From the human T2T-CHM13v2.0 reference genome, Homo sapiens: a stretch of DNA of 64,000 nt. A program made the position numbers and the translations under genes. Under the pieces are notes generated by a model. That model ran no database searches and was not told the origin of the DNA. It saw only the letters and a program-made list of their open reading frames with translations. Below are positions 54,665 to 64,000 of this stretch, one piece after another. The stretch lies in the NCBI RefSeq assembly GCF_009914755.1, contig NC_060926.1, one strand, 5' to 3'. Within the stretch, counting starts at the first letter, position 1; the number at the start of each line of letters is the position of its first letter.

Positions 54665-55471
54665 TGTCCTGGCAAGGATCTCTTCCCACCCTAAAAAAAA
54701 GTACCGCATCTCTTTGTCACATGGGTGTACACTGCCTGTCCAAGCATGCCAGGTTTCATGGCATCCAATGTATAGGGCCTCTGCTCCAGCCAGACACAAC
54801 ACAATATTTCCCTCATCTGCCCCATTCTTATATGAGCTCATAACTTATATTTTCTCATCAAAGGAAATGGGTAATTAGTAGTTGCCCATCTTCCACTGGA
54901 AATCTAGGGAACTAGCTACAGATCTTTTCCAGACAGTAATAGTTCTGGTGACTCTCAATGAGGCCATTTCTGCCTTTGGATGAGACAGCCTGACCAATAG
55001 TATGCTTCATAACTAAGGAGACCATCATCATCCTGGTTTCTACAAAGAGTGTGTGGAGGAATTGGCACAGCTACATTGAAAATTCTCACTCCAAGACTGT
55101 CCACTCTTTGCTTCTCCTGAATTGCAAAGGGTAGGCAGAGCTGTGAGCCATGCTCCAGGTGCCTTCAGCTACCCTCCCCAGTACAAGATTCCTGAAAAGC
55201 CAGGTCAGCTCTACCCTTGCTGTGGGCCTTCAGTCACATGTTACCATGACAGACGAAGAGAGTTACGCATCTGTTTTAAAACATGGAAAACAGAGATAAG
55301 GTGACCTGTCTTTGAGAAAGTAATACATTTGTTTGTTCAACAAATATTTACGAAGTATTTACTCTGTTCTAGGCCTTGAGTTTATAGCAATGAACAGAAC
55401 ACACATGAGAATCATGCTGTGGCACTTGGAATGCAATGAATCAATGCCATAACTAGAAAGTTACTGTATAT

Positions 55472-55841
<370 letters not shown>

Positions 55842-56350
55842 CTAGAGTCTCTCACACAGCACACCTCTCTCCCTTCTTCCCTTTTCCCTATCTTTTCTTC
55901 TTCCTTCCTTTCTTCCCTTCCTTCTACCTTCTCTCCTTGACTTTCCTCCTCAGTACTGTTTATTACTCTACTTCTGTCTTACTAACACCACCTAATAATT
56001 TGCCCCCTCAATCTACTTTTTTTCTAACAAGTTCTAAATGAATCAGTCTTTCTTAGCTCTAGTATAAATAACTGAGCTGATGAGCTCTGCCAACATAGGA
56101 TTTAGGCGGCAGGGATGGAGCTGTCCTTACTACATGGTAGAAATGCTGGTCTTCAACAAATACTGACAGGTTACAGATTATTAGATTTAGAAATACCTGT
56201 CATTTTGTTTTCCCTTTCAAGGAAGGTAAAATACAAGGATATTTTAGTAGTCAGACAACATCAAGAAAATCAGAATAGGTGTCAGAATAGGACAGTAGTT
56301 GTCGAAGCCATGGGTTTTGCAGATGGTGAAGGTTGGTTTTTGAGTGCTAA

Positions 56351-56695
<345 letters not shown>

Positions 56696-57224
56696 TAAAC
56701 TATTTTGGGCCTGAGGTGAGTAAGATACCTACAAGATTATTTAAAATGCCAAGTGCATCCATAGCTAAAAGGAAAGGCTCAGCTAGACACAAAAAAGGAA
56801 AGCATCACCTCCTCTCCAATCCCCACAGGCCCTGCCTCTGCAGCACACCTAGGGCCTCCTGCTGCTGTGTAGGTGCACGTCGTATGCAGATAGACACACA
56901 CTCACACACACTCGCACAGGCAGACACAGGCGTACACACTGGCTTGCCTTCCAGACTACCTGCTCCAACAGCAGGTCTCCAGCATTCAGGTTGCTGAGAA
57001 CTGAGCCTTCGTGAGGCATTCCCAGAATGGCCCTCTGCCAGTGGGCTCAGCTGGGGCAGACAGCGGTCTCTCCATCTGACCATTATCACATCTTCTGCCC
57101 CTTCTATGTTGGAGTGAATTAAACCTTCCATACTATCTTACAAAGATTGCCTGCCCTGTTTTTTTCTTTTTTTTTTTTTTTTGAGACTTTTCTTCTTGGG
57201 AACTGAATCTATTCAGTAGGCTGG

Positions 57225-58091
<867 letters not shown>

Positions 58092-59038
58092 TTATTATAT
58101 GATAATATAGCAAAAATTGGGGATGAGTAAATTCTGGAATATTGTAGACTTGGCAGAAACTTTAGGCTATTTTTTCCAATGTTTTGTGGTTACCAGAATG
58201 CTTTTGCAACCAGTAAAATTCCTTGAAGTCAATGAGTATTATCAGAAAATTTCATCTATATTTTACAAATTAATTTATGTTTTACTCACCAATTCCATTT
58301 CAAAGGAGATTTTGATATCAAGGAATTTATTTCAGTTTCTTTTTACAGGTCTCTTTTAAAACTTATTTTCTCCTGGTGCCCGGGCAGCACTGAACTCTAG
58401 TAGATTAGAATTTGTTAGAAACCCTGAACCGAAGAAATTTCTGAACAGCGTGACAAAATTAACCAGGCTACCGTTAACCAAAATGACAGTTATCTTATTA
58501 TATAGTCAAATGAAATTTTGGCAATATAGCTAAAATAAAAATAACTGGAAAGTCAGCTGACCAGGAATCAATTCTTGGTCTTTGCTCAACCCAATCTTAG
58601 TTTCTTACTTCAGCCAAATACTTAGTATTTTACAATACACCAAGCATAACAACCCTTTTCACTCTCCTGCCTAATATAGAAAACATTGTTAAGTGGATGT
58701 CTGTGTGGCACTTTGAGCTGTTCAGATTTAAAAAGCTGCCTGGAAAAACTTAAGTAATGTTTGGTGTGAGGCAAGAAAGCAGGCCCTGTCAAATCCTACG
58801 GGTTGAAGTAGAAACAGGAACAGACTGTCTGGAAGACAAAGTGTCACTGAGCGGCAGAATCCTTATAATTTTGACTCATAATTCACCTTCTCCAAATTTA
58901 TTCTAATAAATAATAGGGTATTGGTAAAATTATGCTATGTGGAATACTATACATTAAACCATTAAAAATGATTTAGTAGACTGTACAATAGAAGAAGAAA
59001 ATGGCATGGAAAAATATTCATGATATGTCAAGTTTTTA

Positions 59039-59592
<554 letters not shown>

Positions 59593-60823
59593 TTAATGCA
59601 TAGTATTCCATATTGCATAGTTTTACATATAGATATAAATGTGATGCTAAAATGTTAATAAAGACTTTCAAAGGTATGAGATTTGGGGTGATTTTTACTT
59701 TTTTTGCTTATCTATTTTTTTCTGAATAAACATGGATTTTCTTCAATAAACATGTAAGTTTTCTTCAATAAATATTTTGAAGAACTATTTTATAATATAA
59801 AAAATCATTTAAGTGAATGGCACTAGGAAAAAATAACATCTATAAACTAATTACTAGACTGTACCATACTTACTTTAAAAGAAACAAGCAAATCATTATG
59901 CATATTTTTATGTACTCATACTTTTCAAGGTTAAATTCTACAGATGTCAATTTTTGCCCTTTGGGCTTTATTGCAGGCAGGAGCTGTCTCTCCTGAGTCA
60001 TATCGCCAGGTGATAAGGGAAGTGCATCACATCCACCATCCCAGGCCACAGTCTCAAAATTACAGCAGCTTTGATCTAGGGCTTCTTGAGGTGTAGCTGA
60101 ATTTTCACACAAATTCTAGGTCACTAGGTCATCCATCACCTGAAACATGATAAGTCATTTAATGGTTGCTTGAATGTACTTTAAATTCATTTGGGAACTA
60201 TATTCAGATTTTCAAAGTAAAGAGGAAAGTAAGTCCACACTGAACCTTTATTTAGCAAACAAAATGGGATCCAATTTATTAGCCAAAGTACTAATAGCGG
60301 GGTAGCACGAGGAACAGGAAAATTTATTCTGGCATCCAGCTCCTTCTTGTTTTATCCATCTGGGACTCCCTCCCCAGTTTAATAACAAAGAAGGAAATGT
60401 GGTCACCTCCACCAGGGAATATCACCTAGGAGTCAAATATTTCTGGTATAATATCCTCTCTGTAGAATGCTGGCTCTTAAGCAAAATGCTTTAAAGAAAT
60501 GAATGTGGAAATTTTCTTTTTTGGCTTTAGAAGATTGGTATTCAACCTAAGACATGACAGAAGGCCTAGATGTTGTGCACAAAAAATATAGAAATGAACA
60601 ATTACTGGTATCTTTCCATTCTTATTTAAGCTACAGTAGAGTCTCTTTAGAAAAGAGCACATGGAATAGACACATATATATGCTAAAAGGTTCAGTGCAG
60701 AGTTCTCACAGGGGAAGATTCTTTCATATTTTTAAATTTTCTTGAATCTGGTTTGTGGCATGGGAAAATAGATTGTTTCTTCTTTGCTTTCTGATTTAAC
60801 AGTTAGCTTTCTGGTAACAATAA

Positions 60824-61148
<325 letters not shown>

Positions 61149-62979
61149 TTCAAATTTCTCTTAAATCAGCTGAAAGAAACACATCATTCAGAGCACTGGG
61201 TATCTCTCCCTAATCTCCAGCCTCAGAAATTAGAGACTACTTAAAAAAAAAAAAAGTTAAGCTAATGAAACATATTCCTGAAAGATCTAGTTTTTGAGCC
61301 ATCTATTTTTTTCTCTTCAAACTAATAAAATACGATAAATCTTTGTTGTCTAATTTGCTCAGTGGGAAACCCCATTGCATATAACCTTTCACATGCTCAG
61401 TGTCAAATGCGTCTTTTCTCTTCATTTCAATATCACAGTTGATTAACTGCTACCTACAGTGCAGACACAAGCTGTTTTTATGAAAAGGTGCTAAATATAC
61501 AAAACAGGTTATTATTCAGCAGAGGCTATTTAGAAATATGTAAAAATTTAATTTACTTGTTTCTCCTACAAGAGGCTATTGCAAACACCATAAAATATAT
61601 TCACTTACAGTCATAAAAGGGGGACTTATTGTACATTTCCTGTTTCCACTGAGGTCTGGTTATAGTTCCCACAGGTAGACAAAACACAAGAGAATTTTAA
61701 CTTCCTTTAATAGTTGCTCAAACTGACTTTAGTTAATATAGAAGGAAATGGAAACAGGTTTTCAAAAATATGCTTGGACCTGAAAATTTGCTTTTTTCTT
61801 TTTTTCCTTTTCTTTTTGCTTGTAGCTATATTGTACCTTCTGGATGGTTGGGAATCTCTGGTTTGTATTTCTAAGTTGGTATTTTATCCTTTAGGTTTTT
61901 TTTTTTTTTTTTTCAGTTGTTAATTGTGAGCTTTCTTTTCCTAAGGAAAAAAAAATCAGCTATCTTATTAAATTTTGCATAATATATTGAACTATAGCAT
62001 CAAAGCTAGATTTCCTAAGCTACATTTTAGATTCTTTTCTCAGCAATGTACACTTACTTTTAAAAAAATAATAAAAAAAATAATAAAAATCCTTTTCCCA
62101 AGCACCCCCGTCTAAAGTTACAGCTGTATTTGGTTACTCGTTGGAGAGGAAGGCCGGTTGCCTTTCTTCTTGGCTTCCAAGCCTTGTTTCTGAATCCTTT
62201 CCACACACACAACTCTTATTTCAAAGAGAAACCCCACTGGGAGACTGGAAGACAGGACTGTGAGAGAAGGAAGTTATGTTAATTCCCCAACCCCAAAGAC
62301 ACCAGTGGGCACTTCAAATACTTAGGGAGAAAAAAAAAAGCTTCCTTCTAGATTGATTAAAAGTTTGGTGATCACATTTGCAAGTTTTCACAGCTCCACC
62401 ATTACATCCCTCCTCCCCCATCGCACCAGTCACTTGCTTAGTCACAGATAGTGTCGCTGCTTAAGGAGCCAAGTAAGGCTGAATGTGACCCCTGTTTCCC
62501 CGTGGCAGCCTGGGCTCCAAGGTAATTGAAGACATGACGGCTGTTGATTTTGGCTGAGGCTCAGCAAGGACTTAATGTTTGGGGAAATCAATGGCACCAC
62601 AGTAGGCCACAACCCAACCAAGTAGCTTCTCCAGCCTTGAGGAGTACTTTTGCCTCTCAAACTTGAAAGATTCCAAAAAAAAGGGAACAGGAAGTGCTAA
62701 GAAACAATTTTTAAAATATTTACACATCTGACAATAAAACAACAGACTGTTAACTGGAAGTTACTAATGGAAAAATCTTTCAAGAAGAGATGGTATATAG
62801 AGATTGAAAGAAATCTTTGAAGAGGAAATACAGTCTCCTGCAAGCATTCATTCAACAAATATTTTACATGTCATGCAATGCAATTATTCTTAATTTTTTC
62901 CCTTCCATTTGACAATCCGATAAACAATAGAAACTATTTCCCCAGGAAAAAGCACACATGTATATAAATATTAGACCTA

Positions 62980-63287
62980 GGCTGGCTGCAGTGGCTCATG
63001 TCTGCAATCCCAGCACTTTGGGAGGCCCAGGTGGGCAGATCACTTGCACCCAGGAGCACAAGGCAGGATGAGGCAACATGGTGAGACCCCATCTCTACAA
63101 ATAAAAAATAAAAAAATAAAAATTAGTTGGTGGTGGCGCACGCCTATAGTAACACCTACTTGAGGGGCTGAGTGGGGAGGATCATTGAGCCCAAGAAGTC
63201 GAGGCTGCAGTGAGCCAAGACCATGACATGCACTCCAGCCTGGGGACAGAGAGACCCTTTCTCAGAAAAAAAAAAAAAAAAAAAAAA
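62980..63287 (+). mobile_element. AluJ
   Basis: Diverged dimer with ggaggatcattgagccc and gaggctgcagtgagc. Confidence 0.9.
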
Positions 63288-63308
63288 GAATAAAACCCAC
63301 ATGGGGAA

Positions 63309-63604
63309 TTTTTTTTTTTTTTTGAGACAGAGTCTCGCTCTGTTGCCCAGGCTGGAGTACAGTGGTGTGATCTTGGCTCGCTGCAAGCTCCACCTCCCAG
63401 TTTCATGCCATTCTCCTGCCTCAGCCTCCTGAGTAGCTGGGACTGCAGGTGCCCGCCACTACGCCCAGCTAATTTTTTGTATTTTTAGCAGAGACAGGGT
63501 TTCACCGTGTTAGCCAGCATGGTCTCAATCTCCTGACCTCGCAATCCGCCTGCCTTAGCCTCCCAAAATGCTGGGATTACAGGCGTGAGCCACTGCACCC
63601 GGCC
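63309..63604 (-). mobile_element. AluY
   Basis: gcaagctcc and ccgtgttagccag; TSD atggggaattttt. Confidence 0.95.
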
Positions 63605-64000
63605 AAAATGGGGAATTTTTTTAATCTTGAAAAACTGGATATAGTTCGTCAGCCTAACTATTTAAAAGTTCTGTATGGCTAAAAAAAAAATAAAGACAAA
63701 TGATAAGTTTAGAAAACATTTGCCAAATATGTGATAGACAAAAACAATTTCATTAATATGTGTACATTTTGTTAATAAGTGACCTCTTACAAGTCAATAA
63801 ACATACAAAAAAGATGTTCAACCTCACTCAGACAATATTTTTCATCTATCCAATCGACAGAGGTTAAAAAATTGGATAATATCCATTGCTGGACCATGAG
63901 GACACAGGGATCATATATCGCAGATGGGAGTGTCAACTGGTACAACTGTTATATGATAATGTACCACATTTCTGGGACTTTTTAAAGCATATATATTTAT

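Noticed and set aside
61200-62900. Repeat-poor stretch as possible exon, 3' UTR or enhancer
   Set aside because: No convincing ORF, splice pair or motif cluster that I can support from sequence alone.

Overview
Primate (very probably human) genomic DNA, repeat-rich. The only protein-coding gene I can support is FRZB (secreted frizzled-related protein 3) on the minus strand. Its CpG-island promoter and coding exon 1 (21034-21511; signal peptide plus Frizzled CRD) and 48-bp exon 2 (13745-13792) are in the window; later exons must lie left of position 1. The right-hand 42 kb is intergenic and mostly Alu, L1, L2, MIR, LTR and DNA-transposon relics. The most striking structure is a nested stack at 27.4-35.7 kb. 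It comprises an LTR47-like solo LTR and a THE1-type LTR split by two insertions: a 630-bp Alu-tailed block, and a U6 snRNA/L1 chimera with a 17-bp TSD. The chimera carries an almost full-length L1 with a short non-L1 tail, and a younger L1 is inserted into its ORF1. The window also holds a young L1PA2-like insertion with a probable 60-bp 3' transduction and several locally templated insertions. I see no evidence of a new gene or new biological system; the findings are unusual instances of known retrotransposition and repair mechanisms. Repeat subfamily calls come from remembered consensus features and boundaries are approximate unless a TSD is given.
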